DNA of 64,000 nt from Bilabrum cf. latius (lineage: Eukaryota): positions 806,001-870,000 of the forward strand of contig OZ237745.1 of assembly GCA_965178125.1 (NCBI GenBank). Reading direction: 5' to 3'. The notes beneath the pieces were generated by a model. It was given only the letters and a program-made list of their open reading frames with translations, did no database searches and had not been told where the DNA came from. The first letter of the stretch is position 1. Every line of letters starts with the position of its first letter. A program made the position numbers and the translations under genes. Below are positions 50,975 to 61,989 of this stretch, piece after piece.

Positions 50975-53900
50975 GAACGTTCGATTTGCTGCAACCCATG
51001 GATCACGGGCGCTCAGATCAACTCGTGCTCACCAAGACTTTGAGCAATACACCAGACTCCGTGTTTGCGCATTGCCGACTTTATATCTTAAGGTTGGCTT
51101 TGATTACTTCATCCGGTGCTCTCGGTCGACTGTTCGACTGATCACGGCCATGGGTGGAGTTGCTGGCATCAAGAGCTCTCGCGTCGCTCCCAGCCCGGGC
51201 CGGCAACAAAAACTACATAGCGATGCTGCCTCGCGCAATATGGCCAATATCGAGCACACACGGCCCAGACAGGGCATATGCCTGGGATTCTAGAGCCAAT
51301 CCGACGAGCAGGCGTTCGTGAAATACCAGCGTCATCGAGATGCATCCAGCTTCCGGCACTCAATCATCGTTGCTGCCGCATCTTCTCTCATCATTGCCGT
51401 ATACGAGGTAGCTGCACTACAGTCACCATGGATGCCAGCTGGTAGAGTGGCTATGCTAGCTGCTTCTCTGGCTTTCTTGGCGGTGGGAGCGAGGTGTCAC
51501 ATGTTCGTGCCGAGCTGCTTCCACGCTCCGATCATAGCTTTTCTAGCCATCGAGACAATTCTGATGTACTATCAATGGGAAATGTCGCTCCTGCACTACT
51601 CGGAGTCGGCTGCTACGGCTAGGCTGTACGATGCCTTCCTGGGCGGCCACACAACCTACTGGGCAACCACCACAGGCTACTGGTCGATGCTCACATTGCA
51701 CAACAGCGGGCTTCGATTCTACTGGAGCAATATCATTGCAGCACTCAGGCTGCTGCCGCTGGTAGCCATGCCACTTCTCAACATGTGGGCTCTTGAAGGC
51801 AGGGCCATGCCAGAGCAGAGATGGGGGTACTGGGCGCTCATCCTCAGCGTGCTCGGCATTGGCAGTGCAAAGCTGTACTTCCAGGAGCGGTCGCAACGGT
51901 CGGAGTTCATTCAGCTCCATAGGCTTGTTGGTGACAGTCAGAGGAGAGACAGCCTGTCGAAAAGCAGTGAGACGTTGCTATTGCTCAAGCGTGCCGGCCC
52001 GTCGATCAGCTGCCGCGTGCGCCGCCTACGCCACAAGAGACGTCGTGCATCCATATCCCACCAGATCCATCTCTTCTTCTTCGCAGTCCTTCCACAGACT
52101 ATCGCCGCTGCACTGCAAGAGAATGCCATGGTGACCCGCCTTGCCGCAATGCCCGCCCGAGAGGTCGCGGCTGGCTCGCCACGCTCAGAAGATGCAGTGC
52201 ACGCGAGCCAGAGTTAGCTCCCGCAACGAAGCAAGAGCAGTAGAGCATCATATCGAGTGGAAGCATCCATCGAGGATGACTCGGCCAAAGCGCCGAATAA
52301 TCTTCCAGCTGTGCCTCGCCAGCCAGGCGTGAACGAGGCACACCACGACAGTGCGGCGTCCTCGCCGGGAGCGGATGAAAGGTCGGGGATTGGGATCCGC
52401 AGCGGCAGCAATTCGCCCGTGCCATCTGCTGCAGCCATGCGAGGCCATCGTCATTCTATTGAAGCCTCGACACGCGACGGCAGCAGCCGGCGGAGCAAGT
52501 CTCCCTCAAAGCGGTTGGAGAAAATGATATCTAGCAGATCGCTGCCCTCCAGTTACGGCCAGCAATCTGGAAGGAATGCCAGTCGCCAACACGTAGCTGG
52601 GCTTGACAGCAGCAGGTGGGCAGACCGGGAGTCACCAGACCACACCGGGGTAGCTAGCGCTCGAGCTTCAAGTCCGGCCAGCCATGATCTGCAGGCAGCG
52701 CATCACTAGTTGCTAGCTGCAGGAGGCAGCACCGGTCCGACGATGCACGCGCGAGACCGGGGATAGTCGCACGAGGTGCTGTCGAGCGAGTCACCGCTCA
52801 CGAGCTAGGCAGGTGGACCTACAGCGACAGCTACCGAGTTCGGGCTCGAGACTCCGATCACCTATCAGCATGAAAGCGTCGCCATCATGTTCATTCATAT
52901 CGTGAACTTGAAGGATATCGTGGCGGGTCGCGATGGAGTGCTGCTCGTGCAGGAGCTCAACCGGCTGCTCGTTGAGATGGACAGGATTGTGGATGATAAC
53001 CGGGCGTACAAGATCATGGCAATCGCTGACATGTACATGTGCGTCGCGGGCGACTCGATCGCAACCACCACGAAGGTGCCTGGGGAGAATCACGTGCTCC
53101 AGCTATGCAAGGCCGCCCTCAGAGTCATGCAGTTGGTGAACACGGGCGAGTTCCAGGTGGAAGGCGTGCCTCTTCTGCTGAAGATCGGCATCAACTGCGG
53201 GCCCGTAGCATCGGGTGTGATCGGCAGGAAGACCTTGAACTATCACGTGTTTGGCGATGCTGTGAATGTGGCGTCCCGCATGTGCTCCACCTCAGAGCCG
53301 GGGTGCATTCAGCTCAGCTCTGATGCCGCGCAATGCCTCGAACAGCATGGAGGGTGGCACCTGCTGTTATGGGAGCGCGGGGAGATCATGGTGAAAGGCA
53401 AGGGGCTCATGCAGACGTACTGGCTTCCAACTGACATAGAATTCCCGTCAACTATGGCTTAGGTCCCGTTCGTGGACGAGTCCTCAGGCAGTTCTGTTGA
53501 CTACCCATGGATGAAGTCCGTTGGCGATCTGGGTATCATCGCCAAGCTGGAGGCCTCCTTACGAAAGGAGGCAGGCCTTTTCGTGCGTGGTACTCTATCG
53601 TTCACAGTGACAAGCTTTGAGCTCATGCAGAGCCTGGTACGAATAGCAAGTCAAAGCACCGACTCGGAACAAAGAATCCGCATCGGAAACACAGACAAGG
53701 CGAGCGAGGAGTGGGCGTTTATGGTCGAGTCGCAGTACACGCACTACAAGGCGCGGAAGCAGCGCGACGAAGTGCTGCGCAGCACGCTGCTCCACTTTAT
53801 TGCTAGCGTTGTGATTCTATTCGTGTACCACATGGCCTCGGATGCTGGCCCAGAGGCAGAAGATCTACATCAGCAAAGGGTGGCCAGTGGCAGCCAGATT

Positions 53901-55821
53901 GTTGCTGGGGTTGTGCTTGCAATCAGCACCGCGGTATTGTTTGGATATCGGCGCAGCGAGTCCCAAGGCTGTCACGGGAGTGGCAGACCCGCTGGCGCGC
54001 AAGGCAGCAGTAGACGTACCGACCGCCGCGTGTCGCCCAAGCTCGCCTCTCGGGGCTCGAACAAGAGACTACGTAGGAGCCAGTGCGAGTTCTGCTGCGG
54101 TTCGCCATGGTTCATGGGACAGAGAGGCCCTCAGGGCATTCTCGAGTCCCCATCGACGGTCATCTCGATAGTCGCCACTTTGCTCGCGCTGGTCGCGACT
54201 GCTGTCATGCACGTGGCAGGGTCTGTCGATGTCATTCTGGAGGCTGTGCTCGCCGTCCATATGGTGGTCCTCGTGGCGCGTTACCGAGGCCTGCTCGGGT
54301 CCACCATGGCCTTCACTGCGTCATGCATTGGTGTCGCAGCGTCAATCACGAACGGTGACATGAGGCAGATATCGCTGGTGGCAATCGTGCTGTTCACCAG
54401 CTCGACCACCGTAGCAACGCAATGCTACGAGGCGGAAGTACAGACGCGCCAAAAGTTCATCATTTCGTTTACCGTAAAGAAATAGAAGGGAAACTGTCAG
54501 GCGCTGCTCCGCAACATGCTCCCTTCAGGGTACCACGTGGAGCGCCTGATGCGGGGCGACGATGTGGTGGAGCAGCTCGACAACGTCGTGATGCTCTACT
54601 CTGACATCGTGGGATTCACCCCGCTGGCGGCCAAGCTGCAGCCACATCAGCTCATCACGCTGCTCCACGACCTGTACGAGGGCTTTGACAACAAGCTGGA
54701 GAAGTCAAGCAGCAGCCTTTACAAGATGGAAACGATCGGTGACGCATTCATCGTGTTGGGAGGGCTTCGTGCATCATCAGAAGCTGACAGGAGCCGTACA
54801 ACAGCTGAGCGCAAACGCAGGGAGAGCTCGATCACTGCTTCAATGGATAGATTCAAGCAGAGCGTCTCGCTGGGAAGCTCGCTCGCTGCCAGCGGTGCAG
54901 TGGTTCAGCGAGGCGGACAGCAGGACGGCACAGCAGCCGGTCAATCCCACGATACGTTTCGTGACACAGCTTCGGGGCCTAGCACGAACGGTGCCGTCTC
55001 GAGCGACGACGCCCACAACGTGCCAACAGCGGCTGTGCGAGCTACAGAAGAGCCACAGGATGAAGCGGATGCCGAGTCGGCAGCCGGGTCGGTAGTGGTG
55101 TGTGTTGGGCCGGGAGAATCCAACGCGCTGGAGCTGGCACCGATGCAGGCTGGCGGGCACGGTGAAGGTCGCTTGGATGAGCAGGCAAAGGGACGGCGCA
55201 ACGAGAGCATCAGCCAGACGGGAGGAACTGCGATGGGCCGAGTTGCTGAGCATGATGAGCAAGCCTCTAGTGAGGGGGCGAACCGGGACAAGGAGCCTGT
55301 GGCAGTCCAGCAACAGCGACCACGAACGGCTCCTGCCTCGGGCCGGGCTGCCCTTATTGCGCAAGACGCGCGAGCTATCGCTAAGTTTGCCACAGATATG
55401 CTGGCCGTGATTGCTGGCATCCGGGTCAAGTACGACTTGCCCGAATTCGACATGCGGATCGGCATCCACGTTGGACCTGCCGTGGGCGGCATCTTGGGCG
55501 AGTCGAGGCCCAGGTACTTCGTGTGGGGGGAGCACACAACTAGAACCGAGGCCCTCGAGTCCAAATGTCCACCGGGGCAGATCCTAGTATCGGATGCGGC
55601 AGCAAGGCTGATCGAGCGTGCGTCAAGCAGCGGAGCTGCCTTTGACAACGAGACCGTGGTGACCGTTGGCAGCCACTCCATGGTGGCCCACCAGCTCCGG
55701 CGGGTTGGCAGCCGCGAGGTGGAGCGAGAGCCAGTGGACATTCCTGAGATGAGCTCCAGCCCAGAGCCCGATGCAGGCCCCGTGCAGCTGCCAAGGGTAA
55801 GCCCGCTGCAGGCATGAATGC
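50975..55821. repeat. Inverted segmental duplication of ~26458-32010
   Basis: Homology starts ~175 bp upstream of the ATG (gcgaacgttcgattt / ctcagatcaactcg) and stops 4-5 bp after the TGA (gcaggcatgaatgc). Confidence 0.92.
51150..55817 (+). CDS. Class III nucleotidyl cyclase copy B (~1555 aa), near-identical inverted paralog of 26462-31837; 7 in-frame TAG
   Basis: Same motifs and near-identical peptide sequence to copy A. TAG at 51291, 52215, 52707, ~52764, ~52806, 53460 and 54483; ends TGA. Confidence 0.9.
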
Positions 55822-55915
55822 ATGGTTTGAATGACGTACAGCACTGCTAACGGTTGTCAACGTATTTTGAGTTCAAGACGTAATGGTCGCAATCCATCAG
55901 AGAGGCGGCCATCGC

Positions 55916-58900
55916 TCACGTGATATCCATTGCCGCATCCATTAGTGCCTGCAGCTCGCGCAGGCTGGATGCGAGCGACTCTGCCGTAGCTGGCGATCCA
56001 TCTATTGCTTCATCCTGGTCACCATCGAACGCGCCAGACAATACCCCGGTCCGATCTCTCGCGCACAGATCATCTGCTTCAGTGGAAGGGATGGACCGGA
56101 TGAGCCCACCACCTGCCCCCACATCAGCAGCAGCTGCTGCTGCCACGAGTGGGGGCGCTGGCGTCGCACCCCTCTTTAGAGCGTCCGTGTCATCCGCGCG
56201 GCTATCATCACTCGCAAGGGTGCGGCGAGCTAGTTCGAGCGCAGCCGTGTACTCGTGGCCCCTGTCAGCCACGCCTAGATCCGTTCGCCCTGCTGCTGCT
56301 GCAGCAGCGGTGCCCCAGGCCGCCCCACGACCGCCCTTTCTCCCACCCTCAGCCGAATCTACTTCGTTGTGCCCGCCCTGCGATCCTCCGGCGAGCACTT
56401 CATCGATCTGTCTCTGCAGCTTGTCGAGAGCGTCATGGACCTCGCGGGCCTCTGCGCTCAGCGCCGGCTGCTCGGCCGCCCTGGTACCTGCTTCTGAGGC
56501 TCTTGGCTGGACGCCGGCAGCGACGTCGTCCGCGCTCACGTCTGCATGCCCTGCGCTTTGGGGCTCCAACAGATCCAACGGGCTCTCGTACGCCTCGAGC
56601 AGTTGTTTGGCCCTCGCCTGCAGCCTCTCGGTGTCGCGCATCGAAGACAGCCGACTGCGTCCATCATCGTCGTCGTCGTCGTCGCTACTACCGCCCTCCT
56701 GCTGCTCTGCGCCTGCGCCTGCTAGACACGCGTCGTCTGCGCCTTGCTCTCGCTTGCTTTCCTCGATGACCCGCCGGATGGCCCTCCTCAGCTCCCCTTT
56801 GGACAGCGCGCGCAGCACGCCGGTTTCCTGGGCCCCGTCACCCGGCGGTTGCACCACCGGTGCTCTCCTGGACGACGACCCGGACTAATTGCCGGGATCT
56901 GTGCGTCGAAGCGCCTTGAGAGCCTAGTCTAGCTTGCTGAGTTGCTATTGTGCTGCGCTGGTTGGTCCCAGCACGTCCTCTGCCGGTGCTGGGCGCCCTA
57001 CAGACTCCTCGCCATCATCACCGCTCGTGTCGCCCTGGCCCTGCGCCGCTGGACCGGCATGACCGGCAGCGGCCTCACCGCCCAAGCCCCAGCCCGTGAG
57101 AAAGAAAGAGGGCATCATGACCAGTGGATTGGTGCGACGGGGCGCGGGCTGCTGCCCAGATCCAGTGCCAGCACCCGCGAGTGACGGGGCCACGTGGGCC
57201 TGACCCTGCGAGGCCGGTGCGCCTCCTTGGCTTGCTGCCTGCTCGAGTTCCCGTTCCTGCCGAATGCGATACTGCGCAAACGGGTTCTCGATCGGGGTCG
57301 GGGCGCGATCTGTCGCCTCCTCGCTGCCTGCCTCCTCGCTCTCCTCCCCCGTCCAGCCGGCCGCGTGATCTCCATCCGCCTGGTCGGCACGGGCCGCTGC
57401 GTCGCCAGCCGCCCGTGCCCTGTCCAGCAGCACGCTGGCATACTCGCGCAGATCGGACTCATCGTCTTGCGCAACGATGCGACTGCCTGGCCTGCTGCCG
57501 CGGCCCGGTCCGGTCACGCCATCTGCTCTGCCACGAGCCGGAGACTGTGGAGCAGCGCCACCAGCCTGCCTGGTTCCAAGCAATACGCCTGCCAACTACC
57601 GGCCGGTGGACCGCGCTTGCGGGGGCGTGGACGCGGCCTGGAGAGCCCTGGCTCGGACGCCCTTGGCCGGCAGCTTCTTCTTCACGCTCTTGGACGCAAA
57701 CTGCCGCAACTTTGCCGCTGCTGCCGCGCTGGGCAGCTCGGGATCTCGATCGGCTGCCGGTGCAGCCTGCTTGTCGCGACCCTTGGAATGCGGCGATGCT
57801 GCCCGCGAGGCACCCTCCTTGGTCTGCGTGCCGGCGGTTCCGTCGCCGAGCTTGCTCGACCTCGCCACGCCCATCAGGCCCAGCCTCGCGTACTTTTCTC
57901 GCTCTTGGCGCTGCTTCTGAATGTGCGATGCACGGTCCTGCAGCTCCAGGGCCTGGGACAGCAGGCTCCTGGCCGACGCGAGGCGAGCGGCGCGCTTGTC
58001 GAGGGCAGCTTGCTGCTGCTCCAGCGCGTTGAAGTCTTCGATGGACGCGCCCTGCTGCTGGCTCCTCTCCGCCGCCGCCCCCCTGCTAGACGATGCAGCC
58101 AGCCTGCTGCTTCCAGGACGTCGCACCCTAGCTCCCGAATCAGGAGTGCTTCGTCGCGCGCCATTTCCTGCAGCGCGTCTCCCAGGACTCCCGCGACCAC
58201 CGTGCAGTGCCCCACCCGCCACTGCGGCGTCGCTTTCACTCCCGAGCCGGCCAGGCGTCCCCGGCACCCCTTGCTGACCGTCCTCCTTCTTGGATTCAAA
58301 GGTGCCGATTCCCCGTTGGCTAGGAGACTACCCCTGTCGGTGCGCTGCCCCCCTCGTGGGGGTGCCACCCGAAGTCGTCCTGTACCCCTCTGCCCCCCTC
58401 CTGGGAGTGCCACCCGGGGTCGTCCTGCCCTGCCGAAGCGCGCCATCAATGTTGGTGCTGCTGCCGGTGTGCCGAGCGGATGGAAGAAGCGCGCCGCACT
58501 GGATCGGGGAGCGCGGCGCGCGCTCCATGGGCAGAGCAAAGGCTCCGGTGGTGCCCGCCTCCCCGGGGATTGCCTCGGCGAAGGGCGTCGCTCCCACGGA
58601 GCCAGAAGCCCCGCCCGCATCCACCGCAGCGGCGGCGGGCACGGCCCTCTCCTCCTGCCCCAAAATGTCGGTCAGGCTAGTTCCCGGCCGTTGCGTCCAA
58701 CTAGCCGATCCGGGTTCACCATCTTCCATTGGCATCTCCCCCGCATCGCCGCCGGCCCCTTCCCTTCCCGCCCCTTGACCCCCCCCGGCGACGGGAGCGA
58801 CGTACTCGCCCAGCAGGGAGCGCGACGCGACCGGCACGGGTGCCGGGGGGCGCCTGCGCCGGACCCCCGATGAAGATGACGAATGAGGGGCTTGGGCCTG

Positions 58901-59749
58901 TGCGGACGAGCGGGGAGCAGAGGACGTCTGCTCCCCAGATCGACTGGCGCCGCCGCCCGCGGACGGGTTGGGTGCGAAAGGCTGCCAAGCCGCGGCGCGC
59001 TGCCGCTGCTGTCTCCCGCCACCACCCGACGCCCGCCCCGGTGGTGGGAAGCCGGCGGCGCCTGCTTGCTCCTCGCCGCTGCCCACACCGTGCCCCGCAC
59101 GATCGGAGCGAGGAGGAGAGGCTCTCGAGGGGCTCGGGGTGAGGGCAGCGGCTCGCGCCGCCCGAGCAGCTGCCTGCGATCTTGGTCGCAAGGCAGGGGC
59201 CTGCTGCGCGACGACTGGCGGGCGCGAGCGAGGGGGTGCGCCTTCGGGCTGCGCTTGCGAACAACCAGCCGCAGCCACAGATACGCCGCGCCTTACGCCC
59301 GGTGCCATTCGGCCTTGAGGGCTCCCGGCCGGCACCCTTGGACGCTAGGATGGGCTGCTCGCGGTGCCGCCGACCCCCGTCGCCGTCAGTGCAAGCCCGG
59401 ACGCGTCCCCTCCTTGACGGCCCCACACATCGTGCGATGTCTGCCGCGAACCTTGCCGTCGCGAACTGCCCCTGTCATGGCGGCGGGCCGATCGGGTGCT
59501 GCGATTCCTGGTTCTGGTAGGAATCATGGGGGAGACTGCCCTTCTCGATCCCCGTTCGGCACTAGAGCGCTCACCAACGAATCGTTGTGATCTTCTCGAC
59601 ACCATGCCACTGTCGGGGTTCCTTGATGCAACGGGTGATCCCGCGCCCGGTGCGCCGGCGCTTTGCGCAGAGCCAGGCCGAGACAGGACCGCGTGCGAGC
59701 CAGCCCGGCCCAAGGTGCTCCTGCGGCTGCCGGGGCCCCTGCTACTCAT
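55916..59749 (-). CDS. Hypothetical low-complexity/coiled-coil protein (~1280 aa); 6 in-frame TAG
   Basis: Track ORFs 59345..59923, 58328..59335, 57596..58267, 56945..57595 and 55916..56857 share one frame, separated only by TAG. Ends TGA. Confidence 0.7.
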
Positions 59750-60063
59750 GAAGCAATTCGAGCGCGGCACTATCGGTATCGAGTTCGGTTGAAACGAGCA
59801 CGTACGCTGTTTCGAGCCGTTCGTCGCCCGTCCGTCCTCAGCGCAACGAAGGTTCGTTGAGGGTTCCTCGCAGCAAAGCTTCGCTGCGGGCGGCGCATTC
59901 GCGTGGACCTGCCCGTCGCACATTCGCTATTTGGACTTCGGAACGGTAGCAGCCGCCTGCGTTTTGAGCACACGCGCCAGGAGCGATTGCGGCGACGCAC
60001 CGCGACGCACCACCCGCGGTGGTCGATATAAGCTGGATTGGCGCTGGCGAAACAGCGCCGGCC

Positions 60064-61782
60064 ATGAGTTCAGATTCCAGTGGAATTTCCGCAGAAGACT
60101 TGGCCATTCTAAAGGCAGAGGCGGCAGCCTGGCGGCGAATGTGTGCCGTGCAAGTGCAGGCAGCCACGGTGCCGAGCACAGCAGCCGCCGCCGCCGGATC
60201 CTCCGCTCCCGCGACGTCCCGCCCGAGCTCTACTTCAACCGCCGACGTCGTCACCGTCAACGTTGGTGGCAAGCTATTTACCACAACCAGATCCACCCTG
60301 TGCCATTTCGAGGGGTCCAGGCTGGAGGCGATGTTCTCGGGGCGCTGGGACGCTTCGATGCCCAGAGACAGAGCAGGAAACCCGTTCATTGATCGCGACC
60401 CGGAGTTCTTCGGCGTCATTCTCAACATGCTTCGCGATTTTGACGCGGCGGGCGGGTCTTTCGCCAGCCAGGCCCAGGAAGAGGCGGCCGCGGCTGCCTC
60501 GCTGCTGCACCACCGGGCGGCGAGCGGCCCGGCGAGCGGCCCGGCGGCGGCGGCGGCGGAGCTCTTCGCCTCTTCCCCCGGTGGAGAGGAAGCACCAAGG
60601 TCGTCGTCCCACCGGCTGCCGCTCCCCGAGACTTTCTTTGAAACGGTCGCTCCGACCGGCGAGGCGGGCGCCCCGCCGGACGGAGCGGGAGCAGGATCCG
60701 AAGAAGAGGACCGCCGGGACCGCCGCCCCGATTCCTCCGGGCTCGGGTTTGGGGAGGAGGAGGGCGCGTCCGTGACGATCGACGTGCCCCCGGAGGAGCG
60801 CGGGCGGTTCGTTCGCGAGCTCGATTGGTACCACCTGACCGAGCACGTCTACGGCTCCCCGTTCCCCTCGAGCAACGTGCTGAGCAGGGACGCCCGACTC
60901 CAGCTGTTCCACATGTTTGACGAAACAGCGCACGCCGGGGAGCAGTGGGAGCTGCTGTACCAGGCGAGCGCGCACGGACTGACCCCGGGTGCGTTCCACG
61001 GCCGGTGCGACGACGAAAGCGTGGGCCCGACGGTCGTGCTCATCCGCACGGAGTTGGACTGCGTGTTTGGGGGCTACTATGACGGCTCCTGGTCGCCCGC
61101 TCGTCACACCAACCTGGCAAAGTCCAGGTCGTTTCTGTTCATCTTTGAGACGCTGCGCGGGTCTTGCGCCCACAAGCTGCGGGTGGACGCGGACCCCGCC
61201 GGCAAGCCGCTCGTGAGCCAAGACCCGGGGTTTGGGCCGCTCTTCGGGGTCTACGTCCCCCAAAAGCGGCCGTCTGTGTGGGGTGCGGCCGGCGACCGCC
61301 GCGCAGGGTACCGCCGCGACGCCGGCGAGTGGCAGCAGCAGCAGCAGCAGCAGCAGCACGCCGGCGGAGGCGGGACCGGGCCCGCGGGGCCGGCTGGCGG
61401 CGTCGGGCCGCCGCGGGCCGATGTTCGAGGCGGGGCCGGCGGCATTGGAGGGGACCACCAACGGGGGGGGGAGGAGGAGGATGCGGGGGAGGGAATCCTT
61501 GTCGGTGGCGACGAGGACGAGGAGCCGATGCAAATCAAGAACGCAATCTGCGCGATTCACAGCGTGAACCCGAAGATAGGGTTTGCGACGCTCGGCACGC
61601 CAGGCTGCCCGTACGAGTCTCCGCCAGGCTGGACCGACTGCAGGCACATCACTGGAACCGCGTCTGGCCAGTTTACCATCCAGGAGATTGAGGTGTTCGC
61701 GGTGCGCGGGACTCTTGCAAGGAAAGCGCAGGGATCTGACGAGGGAAGCCCCGGTAGCGTCGTCGTCGACGACGGGAGATGA
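60064..61782 (+). CDS. KCTD-type BTB/POZ + TLDc domain protein
   Basis: VVTVNVGGKLFTTTRSTLC...SRLEAMFSGRW...FIDRDPEFFGVILNMLR; TLDc WELLYQASAHG...FHGRCD..GPTVVLI...VFGGY...SFLF...FTIQEIEVF. No internal TAG; ends TGA. Confidence 0.9.
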   Translation: MSSDSSGISAEDLAILKAEAAAWRRMCAVQVQAATVPSTAAAAAGSSAPATSRPSSTSTADVVTVNVGGKLFTTTRSTLCHFEGSRLEAMFSGRWDASMPRDRAGNPFIDRDPEFFGVILNMLRDFDAAGGSFASQAQEEAAAAASLLHHRAASGPASGPAAAAAELFASSPGGEEAPRSSSHRLPLPETFFETVAPTGEAGAPPDGAGAGSEEEDRRDRRPDSSGLGFGEEEGASVTIDVPPEERGRFVRELDWYHLTEHVYGSPFPSSNVLSRDARLQLFHMFDETAHAGEQWELLYQASAHGLTPGAFHGRCDDESVGPTVVLIRTELDCVFGGYYDGSWSPARHTNLAKSRSFLFIFETLRGSCAHKLRVDADPAGKPLVSQDPGFGPLFGVYVPQKRPSVWGAAGDRRAGYRRDAGEWQQQQQQQQHAGGGGTGPAGPAGGVGPPRADVRGGAGGIGGDHQRGGEEEDAGEGILVGGDEDEEPMQIKNAICAIHSVNPKIGFATLGTPGCPYESPPGWTDCRHITGTASGQFTIQEIEVFAVRGTLARKAQGSDEGSPGSVVVDDGR

Positions 61783-61989
61783 ACCCACCATCCTCCTCGC
61801 AGAGGGGTTCGCAGAGGGACTCAGTGGAAGCCAATGCAGCGTCGTCATCACTGGTAGGACTCGGGAGATAAACCTGCTTGTTTGGCGCGCGCTGCGTGTT
61901 GCCATGTGCAGCAGTGGTGGTAGGTTGCATGCGTTTAGGATTCCAGACAAAGGAACCGTATTGTTTCGATTTCCTCGAATAATCTTTCA

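Noticed and set aside
52215-52217. TAG = Leu or Ser (TAG faces TTG here and TCG at 27599 in the paralog)
   Set aside because: Both sites are in variable linkers and are single-base changes. Conserved-motif sites (SQDG, LGQ, LKxQI, HxQ) and the CAG/TAG pair all indicate Gln.
26458-55821. Giant transposon or virophage with terminal inverted repeats
   Set aside because: The inverted repeats are cyclase genes and the enclosed genes are intron-containing cellular genes. I saw no transposase, integrase, capsid gene or target-site duplication.
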